Source: Balanoglossus misakiensis (Eukaryota; Animalia; Hemichordata). From it: a stretch of 64,000 nt of DNA. The stretch is taken from positions 7,894,343 to 7,958,342 of the forward strand of contig CM082597.2 in NCBI GenBank assembly GCA_040954595.2. Reading direction: 5' to 3'. Below, piece by piece: positions 11,602-25,530 of the stretch (its first letter is position 1; each line of letters opens with the position of its first letter). Made by a program: the position numbers and the translations under genes. Below the pieces are notes generated by a model. The model ran no database searches and was not told the origin of the DNA. It saw only the letters and a program-made list of their open reading frames with translations.

Positions 11602-14600
11602 TTTAGGGTTTCAAGACCAGAGGGGTCTCGAAACCCTCTTGAAATCGTGTTGTTTTTGGGGGCACAAGCGCCCTCAGGCGGCTTGTGCCCCCATTGGTAT
11701 TGTTGGAATTTTTCTTTATTATTATTACGGGCCCAAGCCAAGCCAGGCTTGGGCCCGTATTGGTTTCGCTGGGGTTTTTCTGTCTTTCTTTCTTTCTTAG
11801 GGCCCAAGCGCACGCAAGCGCTTGGGCCCTATTGGTTTCGTTGGGGTTTTTCTTTCTTTCTTTCTTTCTTTTTTCTTGTGTCAATTCTTCGGCCAACTAA
11901 ATCTCTGAAACTACTGCAGGTACACTTCTCAAACTTGCTACAGTGGTCAAGGTCAATGAGTAGATGTGCAGTGGCTTGTGAATATTTAATTAGTCACGTG
12001 ACATGGCGGCCATATTGGATTTTCTGAAAAAATGCAAATCTCAGATCTCAGAATCTACAAGTCAGATCGACTTCAGATTTGGCGTGCTGGTAGTGTACCT
12101 TCTGCCTATCATTTTTGTAATTGGATATTTTGCTGTCAATGTTGCAGTTTTTTTGCTACAGTTGTTTTTCTGAAATCTGGCTTAAATTTCAAAAATCTTC
12201 TTCTCCAGAACCTGTGATAACCGAGACACGCGGTTTGGGGTATGTGGTCACCTAACTGATGTCTATCAAGTTTGCGAAGATCATTGTGATTGGTCGAAGA
12301 TTACGGCGGCCATATTGGATTTTCGAAAAACCATAGTTAAACTCCAAAAACCTTCTACTCCAGAACGGGCGATGACTGAGTCGCAAGATTCGGGGAGTAT
12401 GGTCACTACACTGATGTCTACCAAGTTTGCAAACAGCATTGTGATTGGTCGAAGATTATGGCGGCCATATTGGATTTTGTAAAAAGCAGTGAAAAATTGA
12501 AATTCCTTTTTCTAGTCTTAAAATTGATAGCATACAAATTCTTTTTATGGATATCAATCGTCATGTGACTAAAATATGTTACAATTTTTTGGCGATTTTT
12601 CACATGACCTTTGACCTACTTATCACGCGTTATTATTTCTGCATATCTAATTCCAGGCTAACCTATAGGGCTAGACGTTTGGTTTTTGATGCATGTGGAT
12701 AAGTGTGTGATCAAAATATTTTGCTACTTTTCATGACCCCATTGACCTCTGCTGACCTCATTAATTATGTGCACAGCTAATTACAGGCGAACCAATAGAG
12801 CTAGAAGTTTGTTTTTGTTGGACATGGACCAGTATGGGATCAAAATTTTTTGCCCAAATTTTGGGTGACCTTTGACCTACTTTTGCATATCCTAGCATCC
12901 AGAGCAGATACAGCCATGGCATTTGGCAGGATGGGACCAAAATATAAAGCCTCATTTTTGGGTCACCTGTGACACCTGCTGACCTCATTAAATATGCACA
13001 TACCTAATTACAGGCGAACCAATAGAGCTAGAGTTTTGGTTTTTGTTGGACATGGACCAGTATGGGTCAAAAAATTTTGCCCAAATGTTGGGTGACCTCA
13101 GGTGACCTTTGACCTACTTCACCCTATTTCAGCAGCAAAAATACACACGTCCTTGTTATGTCTTGAGATAATACACCAGATAGAAAATTCTGTTTCTTCT
13201 CATTTATACTGTGCATATATAATTCGAGATCAGCGCTTGGGCCCGACAATGCTGCTTGCAGCTTTAATCTTTCTTTCTTTCTTTCTTTATTCTCCTGTCA
13301 ATTCTTCGGCCAACTAAATCTCAGAAACTACTGCAGGTACACTGCTCAAACTTGCTACAGTGGTCAAGGTCAATGAGTAGATGTGCAGTGATTTGTGAAT
13401 ACTTAATTAGTCACGTGACTTGGCGGCCATATTGGATTTTCTGAAAAAATGCAAATCTCAGATCTCAGAAACTACAAGTCAGATCGACTTCAAATTTGGC
13501 ATGCAGGTAGACTACCTTCTACTCATCATTTTTGTAATTGGAAATTTTGCTGTCAATGTTGCAGTTTTTTTGCTACAATTTTTTTTCTGAAATCTGGCTT
13601 AAATTTCAAAAATCTTCTTCTCCAGAACCGGTGATAACCGAGACACGCGGTTTAGGGTATGTGGTCACCTAAGTGATGTCTATCAAGTTTGCGAAGATCA
13701 TTGTGATTGGTCGAAGATTATGGCGGCCATATTGGATTTTCGAAAAACCATAGTTAAACTCCACAAATCTTCTTCTCCAGAACGGGCGATGACTGAGTCG
13801 CAAGATTCGGGGAGTATGGTCACTACACTGATGTCTATCATGTTTGCAAAGAGCATTGTGATTGGTCAAAGATTATGGCGGCCATATTGGATTTTGTAAA
13901 AAGCAGCGAAAAATTGAAAATCCTTTTTCTAGTCTAAAAATTGATAGCATACAAATTCTTTTTACGGATATCAATCGTCATGTGACTAAAATATGTTACA
14001 ATTTTTTGGCGATTTTTCACATGACCTTTGACCTACCTATCACGCGTTATTATTTCTGCATATCTAATTCCAGGCTAACCTATAGGGCTAGACGTTTGGT
14101 TTTTGATGAATGTGGATTAGTGTGTGATCAAAATATTTTGCTACTTTTCATGACCCCTTTGACCTCTGCTGACCTCATTAATTATGTGCATAGCTAATTA
14201 CAGGCGCACCGATAGAGCTAGAGGTTTGGTTTTTGTTGGACATGGACCAGTATGGGATCACCATTTTTTGCCAAAATGTTGGGTGACCTCTGGTGACCTT
14301 TGACCTACTTTCGCATATCTCAGCATCCAGAGCAGATACAGCCATGGCATTTGGTAGGATGGGACCAAAATGTAAAGCCACATTTTTGGGTCACCTGTAA
14401 CACCTGCTGACCTCATTAAATATGCACATACCTAATTACAGGCGAACCAATAGAGCTAGAGTTTTGGTTTTTGTTGGACATGGACCAGTATGGGTAAAAA
14501 AAATTGCCCAAATGTTGGGTGACCTCAGGTGACCTTTGACCTACTTCACCCTATTTCAGCAGCAAAAATACACACATCCTTGTTATGTCATGAGATAATA

Positions 14601-17600
14601 CATCCGATAGAAAATTCTGTTTCTTCTCATTCATACTGTGCATATATAATTCAAGATCAGCGCTTGGGCCCGACAATGCTGCTCGCAGCTTTAATTTATT
14701 CTTGGTTCCATTCTTTATCGCTCTAGATCTCAAACACCGCTGCAGGTACAGTTCTCAAACTTGATACAGTGGTCAAGGTCAATGAGTAGATGTGCAGTGA
14801 CTTGTGAATACTTAATTAGTCACGTGACATGGCGGCCATCTTGGATTTTCTGAAAAAATGCAAATCTCAGATCTCAGAAACTGCAAGTCAGATCGACTTC
14901 AAATTTGGCATGCTGGTAGACTACCTTCTGCCCATCATTTTTGTAATTGGAAATTATGCTGACAAAGTTGCCGTTTTTTTGCTACAATTTTTTTTCTGAA
15001 ATCTGGCCTAAATTTCCAAAAATCTTCTTCTCCAGAACCGGTGATAACCGAGACACGGGGTTTGGGGTATGTGGTCAACTAACTGATGTCTATCAAGTTT
15101 GCGAAGATCATAGTGATTGGTCCAAGATTATGGCGGCCATATTGGATTTTCGAAAAACCCTAGTAAAATTTGAAAAATCTTCTACTCAAGAACCGGCGAT
15201 AACCGTGTCACAAGATTTGGTGTGTGTGGTCATTAAACAGATGTCTATCAAGTTTGCGAAGATGAATGTGATTGGTCGAAGATTATGGCGGCCATATTGG
15301 ATTTTGTGAAAAACGATTAAAAAGTAAAAATTCCCTTTCTAGCCTAATAATTGATAGCACAGAAATTCTTTTTATGGATATGAATCATCATATGACAAGA
15401 ATAAGCTATAAATATTTTGGTAATTTTGGCAATGACCTTTGACCTACTTTTGACGCATCATTTTTCTGCATATCTAATTCCAGGCTAACCAATAGGGCTA
15501 TAAGTTTGGTTTTTGATGTATGTGGATTTGTATGTGATCAAAAAATTTTGCTACTTCTCATGACCCCTTTGACCTCTGCTGACCTCATTAAATATGCACA
15601 TACCTAATTAATGATGAACCAATAGACCTTGAGGTTTTGTTTTTGTTATACAGTATGGGGTCAAAATATTTTGCCCAAATGTTGGGTGACCTTGGGTGAC
15701 CTTTGACCTACTTTTGCATATCTCGACATCCACAGTTTTGGGTCACCTGTGACACCTGCTTAACTCATTATTTATGTGCATACCTAATTCCGGGCTAACC
15801 AAAAGAGCTAGAGGTCTGGTTTTTGTTGGACATGGACCACTATGGGTCAAAATTTTCTGCCCAAATTGTGGGTGACCCCTGGGAGACCTTTGACCTACTT
15901 TACACTATATCAACACCAAACATAGATATAACCTTGATATTTCATGGGATAAAACAGAGCATTATGTTTCTACTCATTAATTATGTGCATATCTAATATC
16001 AGATCAGAAAATAGAGCTTGGGCCCGGACAATGCTGCTTGCAGCTTTAATTCTTCTTCTTCTTCTTCCGAGAAATTCGGCCAGGTAGATCTGGAAAACCG
16101 CAGCACCTAGGGGGCTGAAACTTGGTAGGGTGATAGGGGCCAATGAGTAGACGTGCAGTGGCCCGTGAATATTTAATTAGTCATGTGACCTGGCGGCCAT
16201 ATTGGATTTCCTGAAAACCGTTAAATGAGTCCTTCTCAAAAACTACAGGGCCGATCGAGTTCAAATTTGGTGTGCAGGTAGCCTACCTTCTGTCCATCAT
16301 TTTACCCCATTGAAATCATGACGTCATACATAAAGTTTTTTTGCTACAATTGTTTTTCTGAAAAACTACTTAAAACTTTAAAAATCTTCTTCTCCAGAAC
16401 CAGCGGTTACCGAGTCTCGGGATTTGGGATATGTGGTCACCTAACCTATGTCTATCAAGTTTGCGAAGCGCACTGTGATTGGTCGATCATTATGGCGGCC
16501 ATGTTGGATTTTCGGAAAACCATTGAAAAATGAAAATACTGTTTTGTAGCCAAAATGTTGACAGCACGGAAATTCTTTTTTTGGATATGAGTCATCATAT
16601 GACCGGAAGTTGTCACAATTTTTCGGGGCAATTTTCACGTGACCTTTGACCCAGTTTTAAAACAACTAATTATATATGCATATTCCCCATACCTCCTCTT
16701 GTAAAAGCACCACAGTCATGAATTTTGTGGACATGGGTACCAATGCTGCCAGGACATGACACAAATATTTTGGTAATTTTGGCAATGACCTTTGACCTAT
16801 TTCTGAAACATCATTTTTCTGCATATCTAATTCCATGCTACCCAATAGGGCTAGAGGTCTGGTATTGGTTGGACATGGCCCAGTCTGGGGTCAAAATTTT
16901 ATGCCCTAATTTTGGGTGACCTTGGGTGACCATTGATCTACTTTCCCATATCTCAGCATCCAGAGCAGTTAGAGCCCTGGCTTTTATGGGTATTGAGCAC
17001 ATAATGGAGTCTTACACAAGACCTCATTAATTATGTGCATACCTAATTGCAGGCGAACCAATAGGGCTAGGGGTCTGGTTTTTTGTTGGATCTAGACTAG
17101 TATGGGGTCCAATTTTTTTGCCCAAATTTGGGGTGACCTCAGGTGACCTTTGACCTACTTTCCCATATCTTGGTATCCCCAGCAGATACAGCCGTGGCAT
17201 TTGCTGGTCACCATGGGAACTGCTTGTGCCCCCCCAACGCTGCTTGCAGCTTTAATTAGGGCCCAAGCGCAAGCCAGCGCTTGGGCCCTATTGGTTTCGT
17301 TGGGGTTTTTCTGTCTTTCCTTCTTTCTTTCTTTCTTTCTTTCTTTATTCTTCTGTCAATTCTTTGTCGCTCTAGATCTCAGACACCGCTGCAGGTACAC
17401 TTCTGAAACTTGCTACAGTGGTCAAGGTCAATGAGTAGTCGTGCATTGCACCCTTGAATTTTTAATTAGTCACATGACCTGGCGGCCATATTGGATTTTC
17501 TGAAAAAATGCAAATCTCAGATCTCAGAAACTACAAGTCAGATCGACTTCAAATTTGGTGTGCAGGTAGTCTACCTTCTACCCATCATTTTTGTAATTGG

Positions 17601-19976
17601 ATATTTTGCTGTAAATGTTGAAGTTTTTTTGCTACAATTTTTTTTCTGAAATCTGGCTTAAATTTCAAAAATCTTCTTCTCCAGAACCGGTGATAATTGA
17701 GTCACGCGGTTTGTGGTATGTTGTCACCTAACTGATGTCTATCAAGTTTGCGAAGATCATTGTGATTGGTCGAAGATTATGGCGGCCATATTGGATTTTC
17801 GAAAAACCATAGTAAAACTTCAAAAATCTTCTTCTCAAGAACGGGCGATAACTGAGTCGCAGGATTTGGGGAGTATGGTCACTACACTGATGTCTATCAA
17901 GTTTGCGAAGGGGAATGTGATTGGTCGAAGATTATGGCGGCCATATTGGATTTTGTGAAAAACGATTAAAAAGTACAAATTCCCTTTCTAGCCTAAAAAT
18001 TGATAGCACAGAAATTCTTTTTATGGATATGAATCATCATATGACAACAATAAGCTATAAATATTTTGGTAATTTTGGCAATGACCTTTGACCTACTTTT
18101 GACGCATCAATTTTCTGCATATCTAATTCCAGGCTAACCAATAGGGCTATAAGTTTGATTTTTGATGTATGTGGATTTGTATGTGATCAAACATTTTTGC
18201 TACTTTTCATGACCCCTTTGACCTCTGCTGACCTCATAATATATGCACATACCTAATTACAGATGAACCAATAGACCTAGAGGTTTTGTTTTTGTTATAC
18301 ATGGACCAGTATGGGGTCAAAATATTTTGCCCAAATGTTGGGTGACCTCGGGTGACCTTTGACCTACTTTTGCATATCTCGACATTCACAGCAGATACAG
18401 CCTTGGCGTTTGGAGGTATGGGGCCATAATGAAAAGCCAAAGTTTTGGGTCAGCTGTGACACCTGCTTTACTCATTATTTATGTGCATACCTATTTTCGG
18501 GCTAACCAAAAGGGCTAGAGGTCTGGTTTTTGTTGGACATGGACCACTATGGGTCAAAATTTTCTGCCCAAATTGTGGGTGACCTCTGGGTGACCTTTGA
18601 CCTACTTAACATTATGTCAACACCAAACATAGATATAACCTTGATATTTCATGGGATAAAACACAGCATTATATTTCTACTCATTAATTATGTGCATATC
18701 TAATAATCAGATCAGATAATAGAGCTTGGGCCCGGCCAATGCTGCTTGCAGCTTTAATTCTTCTTTATTCTTCTTCTTCTTCTTCTTCCCCAAAATTCGG
18801 CCAGGTAGATCTGGAAAACCGCAGCACCTAGGGGGCTGAAACTTCATAGGGTGATAGGGGCCAATGAGTAGACGTGCAGTGGCTCGTGAATATTTAATTA
18901 GTCACGTGACCTGGCGGCCATATTGGATTTCCTGAAAATCGTTAAACGAGTCCTTCTCAAAAACTACTGGGCCGATCGAGTTCAAATTTGGTGTGCAGGT
19001 AGCCTACCTTCCGTCCATCATTTTATCCGATTGAAATCATGACGTCACACATACTGTTTTTTTTGCTACAATTGTTTTTCTGAAAAACTACTTAAAACTT
19101 TAAAAATCTTCTTCTCCAGAACCAGCGATTGCCGAGTCACGGGATTCGGGGTATGTGGTCACCTAACCTATGTCTATCAAGTTTGCGAAGCGCACTGTGA
19201 TTGGTCGATCATTATGGCGGCCATGTTGGATTTTCGGAAAACCATTGAAAAATGAAAATTCTGTTTTGTAGCCAAAATGTTGACAGCACGGAAATTCTTT
19301 TTTTGGATATGAGTCATCATATGACCGGAAGTTGTCACAATTTTTCGGGGCAATTTTCACATGACCTTTGACCCAGTTTTAAAACAACTAATTATATATG
19401 CATATTCCCCATACCTCCTCTTGTCAAAGCACCACAGTCATGAATTTTGTGGACATGGGTACCAATGCTGCCAGGACATGACACAAATATTTTTGTAATT
19501 TTGGCAATGACCCTTGACCTATTTCTGAAACATCATTTTTCTGCATATCTAATTCCAGGCTAACCAATAGGGCTAGAGGTCTGGTTTTAGTTGGACATGG
19601 GCCACTCTGGGGTCAAAATTTGATGCCCTAATTTTGGGTGACCTTGGGTGACCTTTGATCTACTTTCCCATATCTCAGCATCCAGAGCAGTTAGAGCCCT
19701 GGCTTTTATGGGTATTGAGCACATAATGGAGTCTTACACAAGACCTCATTAATTATGTGCATACCTAATTGCAGGTGAACCAATAGGGCTAGGGGTCTGG
19801 TTTTTTGTTGGATCTAGACTAGTATGGGGTCCAATTTTTTTGCCGAAATTTGGGGTGACCTCAGGTGACCTTTGACCTACTTTCCCATATCTTGGTATCT
19901 CCAGCAGATACAGCCGTGGCATTTGCTGGTCACCATGGGAACCGCTTGTGCCCCCCCAACGCTGCTTGCAGCTTTA

Positions 19977-20011
<35 letters not shown>

Positions 20012-21904
20012 TTCCCACTTTTAAAAACAGCCGCTATTCGAAGACCGTTGCACCCAATGACTTGAAATTTGGCTCATAGGTAAAACTCAAAGCAAGTAAT
20101 TTTTTGATCATGTCACTATGGCAACAGGTCACATGACCTGGCAGCCATCTTGGATTTAAACTTTTAAATTGGTCTAATTTGCATAAAAAATGAAGAATCC
20201 AAATTCTGTTCAGAAACTTTGTGGACCATATGGCCAGGGTCATATATGCCAAATTTCAATGTCTAAGTCCTTGCCGATTTTGAGGAGATGATTTTTAAAG
20301 CATTATTTTTCATATTTTCCATGACCATTGGACCCAGCCATTGGCCTATACTTTCCATGGTTAAGCAATGGCCCCCTAGGATTTTAGATTTATGCCCAAT
20401 ATCTCAACATCCGCTGGGCTGATCAGCTTCAAATTTTGTGTGCAGCTAGCCTACCTTCCGACAATCAGTTCCAACTGGAAAAAATAATATGGAAAATCGA
20501 CCGATTTTTTTATATTAATTTTTTTATGAAATCTATACCTATACTTATTCCACTATACTTAAGCTATGGCCACATAGTTTTGTAGAATTCTGGTCGGTGC
20601 AATAGTCTGCAGCATAGGACCAAAATAAGAAGCCACATTTAAGGCTCACCTGTGACACCTGCTCAACTCATTAATTATGTGCATACCTAATTCCAGGCAA
20701 ACCAACAGGGCTACAGGTCTGATTTTTGTCGGACATGGACCAGTATGGGGTCAAATTTTTTTCCCAAATTTTGGGTGACCTTGGGTGACCTTTGACCTAC
20801 TTTCGCATATCTCAGCATCCAGAGCAGGTACAGCTCAGGTGTTTGGGTGGATGGGACCAAAATAAGAAGCCAAATTTAAGGCTCACCTGTGACACCTGCT
20901 CAACTCATTAATTATGTGCATACCTAATTCCAGGCAAACCAATAGGGCTACAGGTCTGGTTTTTGTCGGACATGGACCAGTATGGGGTCAAATTTTTTCC
21001 CCAAATTTTGGGTGACCTTGGGTGACCTTTGACCTACTTTCGCATATCTCAGCATCCAGAGCAGGTACAGCTCAGGTGTTTGGGTGGATGGGACCAAAAT
21101 AAGAAGCCAAATTTAAGGCTCATCTGTGACACCTGCTCAACTCATTAATTATGTGCATACCTAATTCCAGGCAAACCAATAGGCTACAGGTCTGGTTTTT
21201 GTCGGACATGGACCAGTATGGGGTCAAATTTTTTCCCCAAATTTTGGGTGACCTTAGGTGACCTTTGACCTACTTTCGCATATCTCAGCATCCAGAGCAG
21301 GTACAGCTCAGGTGTTTGGGTGGATGGGACCAAAATAAGAAGCCAAATTTAAGGCTCACCTGTGACACCTGCTTAACTCATTAACTATGTGCATACCTAA
21401 TTCCAGGCAAACCAATAGGGCTACAGGTCTGGTTTTTGTCAGACATGGACCAGTATGGGGACAATTTTTTTCCCCAAACTTTGGATGTCCTTGGGTGACC
21501 TTTGACCTACTTTCACATATCTCGGCATCCAGAGCAGGTACAGCTTAGGTGTTTGGGTGGACGGGACCAAAATAAGAAGCCAAATTTTAGAGTCACCTGT
21601 GACACCTGCCTAACTCATTAATTATGTGCATACCTAATTCCAGGCAAACCAGTAGGGCTACAGATCTGGTTTTTGTTTGACATGGACCAGTATAGCGTAA
21701 ACATTTTCTGCTCATATTAAGCGTGACCTCACGTGACCTTTGACCTACTTTTCCACATCTCAGCATCCACAGCACATACACCCTTGGCATTTGGAGTGAT
21801 AGAACAACTAATGCAGTAATTAAATATGCACAAATCTATCTCCAGGCGAACCAATTGGGCTAGTAGTGTCTCGAAACCCGCTTATTGCTGTTCACAGCTA
21901 TATT
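11602..21904 (+). mobile_element. Nested stack of DINE-1/HINE-like (non-autonomous Helentron-like) elements
   Basis: Five 5' heads (hairpin subTIR/IR plus TTC/TTA microsatellite) at about 11605, 11657, 11727, 11799 and 17258. Seven 3' ends (subTIR plus a gctgcttgcagc-type hairpin plus T-rich tail) at about 13268, 14696, 16050, 17256, 18757, 19979 and 21904. Junctions are T/T with no TSD. Confidence 0.75.
20640..21760. repeat. About 237-bp tandem repeat (roughly 4.7 copies) inside the outermost HINE-like element
   Basis: aaggctcacctgtgacacc-type start recurs at 20641, 20878, 21115, 21351 and about 21589. Confidence 0.9.
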
Positions 21905-22869
21905 CTTTTTTGTTGTGTACAATATGGCTGGTGGCCAATAGTACTGAATAAATGCATTATATATATCTGTCTACATGATCTGGGTACAGCACTGCTGATT
22001 TGTGGTTGGTGGAAACTGGAAGTGGGTGATGGGATAATGTGTAATTCAATGGCCATCCAAATTCTAAGAAGTCACAAATCTGCGTAGTCATCATACCCTT
22101 GTAGTTTAGCTCGCCAAATTGGAATGCATAGATTTGACTGAACTGGAACGCGGTACCCTTTGTAATTGGGTAAATTTGAATTGTAAATTTTGACATGATT
22201 TTGAATAGACAGTGAGGCTGTGGGGGACAATGGGGATGGCCAATACTCTATTGGGATGTGAGCGCTGTGACTTTGTTCAAAATCACAATCTGCCATATGC
22301 AGATCTTAAAGTGTATCTGTTGTTGAGGTATGTTGTATATCATCTATGATACCAGCCTGGATAAAATCACAATTACTATTGTAGGAGGACCCGGATTGTG
22401 GATGTTGTGGCATGTTGGACAATATATCAACAGGCATGTCATGATTGTTATTGTTGATGACTGGTGGGGAAATTGGGAGTCTGCATTATGAATGCCACCA
22501 TCACAATGTCGGTTTTTAGAGTCATAATCGCTGTTATTAGCCTGGGCCATGCCCAAGTGGCAATCGTGGGAGGATTCAGATTGTAATTTTTGTGGCACAC
22601 TAGAATTTTTGCGAACACATCACAGCTGGACAATTTTTGATCATGATGAAAGTATGGTTTATCCTGACTTGTAATATTTGTAACTATCGGTTTAGGTGAA
22701 ATTGGAATACCTAAACAGTGTGTGCCGTCGTCACAAGCTGGATTCTCAGACGCATACCCAGCATCGTCTGAAATATTCATGTTGAGTGGAACACTGTGAC
22801 CTGAAATTTCATTGTGTGAAGACATGGTATTATCGATAGGAAAGGTACTGAGAAGTGTTTGACTAGCTG

Positions 22870-23705
22870 TCAAATTCTCTGAATCATTCTGTTTGAATTC
22901 ACAAGAAAATTCATGTTGGTTGTTATTGTCATAAAGACACCAATCCGTTTGGACACTGCGGTCCAACAAATGTCTCTGGTTAAATTCGTTCCTGTTCCTG
23001 ACCTGATTTTTTTGTCACTTTGCTGCTTTGACCGTTCTTCTCTGAACTTGGGATCATTGTACGGGCATTTTAGCTTAGGGTGACTCTCCTGCCTCTTCCT
23101 GAACTTGTGGCAAGCACTGCAAATGTGTTTGTACTTGCATGAGCTGCCGTCGTTGCACCGACCCTCAAGGTTGAATGCCCAACAAAACTGGACGAGATCG
23201 CCCGATTTGGTGGGTAGGGGGGACTTTGATTTGACCTCAGATGCCCGGGGATACAAGTATAATTCTTTGAGGTCGTGACCGTCGCTATCCCAACTCCGGT
23301 GGCCACACTCGATGTCTTGTAAAAAGGCCCCATGGAACTTCAACACTGCGTCCCATGGGTACACGGACGCGAACCGCATGAGCATATTTAAGTGTTGTAG
23401 GCGTACACGCTTTTCGGTGGCTGAGATCGTGTCTGAGAGCAAGATTGATGTATAGCCCTCGACAAATTCGTTCATAGTCATGGAATCGTAACTGATTTCC
23501 TTGCCGGCTCCGAATGGTCAGGGTTGTGCTGTCATATGCGGCCAAGATACGGACACCGTAGCCTTGTCTTTTCTCGTCAGAAAACGTTGAGACTTACCCA
23601 ACTTAAAATTGGAACCGAAGTCCTGCGTTGTGTTGAGAAAATCGGGAACGTAGTTGTGCTGCGCCTCTCGCAAGTCGCGCTGAAGTTGTGTGTCAGCGGC
23701 CATCA
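22870..23705 (-). pseudogene. Ngaro gag-like ORF, 5'-truncated by the Academ element
   Basis: YPWDAVLKFHGAFLQDIECG and CWAFNLEGRCNDGSSCKYKHICSAC...H...C zinc fingers. Confidence 0.8.
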
Positions 23706-24704
23706 TAGTCCATGGGCCAGAGACCGAAACCCTCCCCCCCCTGGGGAGTTTTGCAGACATACATTTTTGGAAAGCCTATTAATCCAGCTGTCAGAATCGG
23801 GTTGTTTGCACTCATATTAATGGTGGGTGTGGCCGTGAGGAGCGGTTGTCATGGTAACGATAGCATAATTTTAGGGGTACTCATACAGTTAAAAAATGAT
23901 ATATTTCAGGATCTGAGAAAGCGAGAGAAAAAATTTAAACATTGGGTCTTATAAAGTAGGGTACGGGCTATCCAATGATTACATGACCGACAAGGTCAGA
24001 GGTCAAGTTCATCTTCAAAACGCGGGGTCAAAGTAAAAATTGCGCTATTTTTTGCATATCGATCATACATAGTTTCGATTTACTGGAAAACGGTTTGCTC
24101 GAGGAGGCTGTAAATTGGTCATCAGGTAGCATGGAACATTAGGTTTAAGAAAAATAAGCTGATTCACGTCTTTGATATTAAGTTATATTAAAATTCTGTT
24201 ACCATAACGACGGATAGCAGATTTTGCGAAAATCACAAAAATAAGAATCCTGCTATATCTTTGCTACCAATTAAGCTTTAGATAAAATTTAAACACTCAA
24301 ACTTATAATGTCGGGTGCGAGCTTTTCATTGCTAACTTGAACTTTGGGGTTCAAGGTCAAGGTCATCCTCAAATTTCAGGTCAAAGTGACAAAATGGACA
24401 TTATGGACTTTTGTTCAAAATGACATTTTACGGCGAGCGTTTACTAAACACTGTTTGGGTCTAGAATGCTATAATTTGATCTCCAGATAGAGATGTGTAT
24501 TGTTTACAAAGATTTTAATTTGTTTTGCTGTTTACATATACTTAATATGCAAAACCAGCTGTTATAATAACAACAAAATGAATGGTAGGAATAGCAAGAG
24601 TACTCATACAGTTAAAATGAGATATTTCAGGTTCTGAGAAAGCTAGAGAAAAAAATTAAACATTCAGTTTTATAAAGTAGGGTACGGGCTATCCAATGAT
24701 TACA

Positions 24705-24914
24705 TTCTCACATGCTGCACCGAAACTGTGGAACTCTCTGCCACAAGACATTCGTCAAGCTCCAAGTTTGAGTATCTTTAAGAAAAGACTGAAGACGCAT
24801 TATTTCGCAAGAGCATATGGTGTGGGCCAATGAGCACAAGCGCCTTTGAGTATGACACTTGTTATAGATACTGGCGCTATACAAATTTCTCTGATTGATT
24901 TCTCTGATTGATTG
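24705..24914 (+). mobile_element. L2/CR1-group LINE 3' fragment
   Basis: FSHAAPKLWNSLPQDIRQAPSLSIFKKRLKTHYFARAY, then a short UTR and a gatt-repeat tail. Confidence 0.85.
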
Positions 24915-25059
24915 TATTAACAGCAGGTAATCAAAGATAAACCGTCTTCTTCATTTTTGTCATGTTTTTACATTGCTGCAAGTCATACTATGATAGAAGC
25001 ACTAACACGGTTTGTCAGGTTCTTCTTGTATAATTAGTTGCTCAGAAAAAAACCCCAGC

Positions 25060-25530
25060 CATTTCTTTTGATATAGTAATGTTGATAGTTGCTTAAATGA
25101 GGGTCGGAAAGATCAAATGGGTCGACAAATGCTCCACCTTGTAATTCTTAAAGCTTTGCCACATCAGTATTCCATCTCTTAATGACTGCTTTTCCATATC
25201 GGATCTTATTTTGTTTACCAATACTGCATATTTATTTGTGAAATGTATCAGAGAACTTTGCAGTAATCGGTCCACCCAAAACCACTTTTCAAGTGCTAAA
25301 CCTCTCATCTTTAATCCCATGACACCACCAGCACCCTTTAGTGAATCGTCAGATAAGTTTGCCATGAAATCCCCTTCATTTAATGACTCTTGTACACTTT
25401 CGGGTATTCTATGCATCACCAGAATAAGTACTGACATGTATCTTGCATAGTCCGTTTCGATTGGCACAAAACAACAGAGGTAATAATAGCTGATTCTTAG
25501 CAGTTTGGCAAATATCTCAATCACCATTTC
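25060..25530 (-). pseudogene. Academ-type transposase remnant
   Basis: DYARYMSV..GDFMA..KGAGGVMGL..ALEKW and, in another frame, VAKL*..FVDPFDL; resembles the NYARW / KGxGGxxGL / NPF motifs I recall from Academ (XPG-type) proteins. Confidence 0.6.

Larger units (their letters stand above)
11350..21960 (+). mobile_element. 5'-truncated non-LTR retrotransposon (RTE-X/L1-like C-terminal knuckle), with its 3' UTR split by the repeat stack
   Basis: 18-bp TSD atatatctgtctacatga at 11332-11349 and 21961-21978; EDEFHFLLVCPVYQCIR...DDDPE* at 11350-11557; AATAAA near 21947. Confidence 0.8.
1834..23705 (-). mobile_element. Ngaro-like (DIRS group) tyrosine-recombinase retrotransposon, fragmented by nested insertions, 5' end missing
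   Basis: On the minus strand: gag with CCCH fingers (22870-23705), RT pieces (21961-22300, 10933-11349, 3720-4361), RNase H (3299-3769), YR (2325-3354), then split direct repeats. No methyltransferase recognised. The pieces rejoin in frame across the TSDs of the inserts. Confidence 0.88.

Noticed and set aside
11596-21790. Many 60-140 aa ORFs in the repeat stack
   Set aside because: They recur only because the repeat recurs; frames are not conserved between copies and no domain is recognisable.
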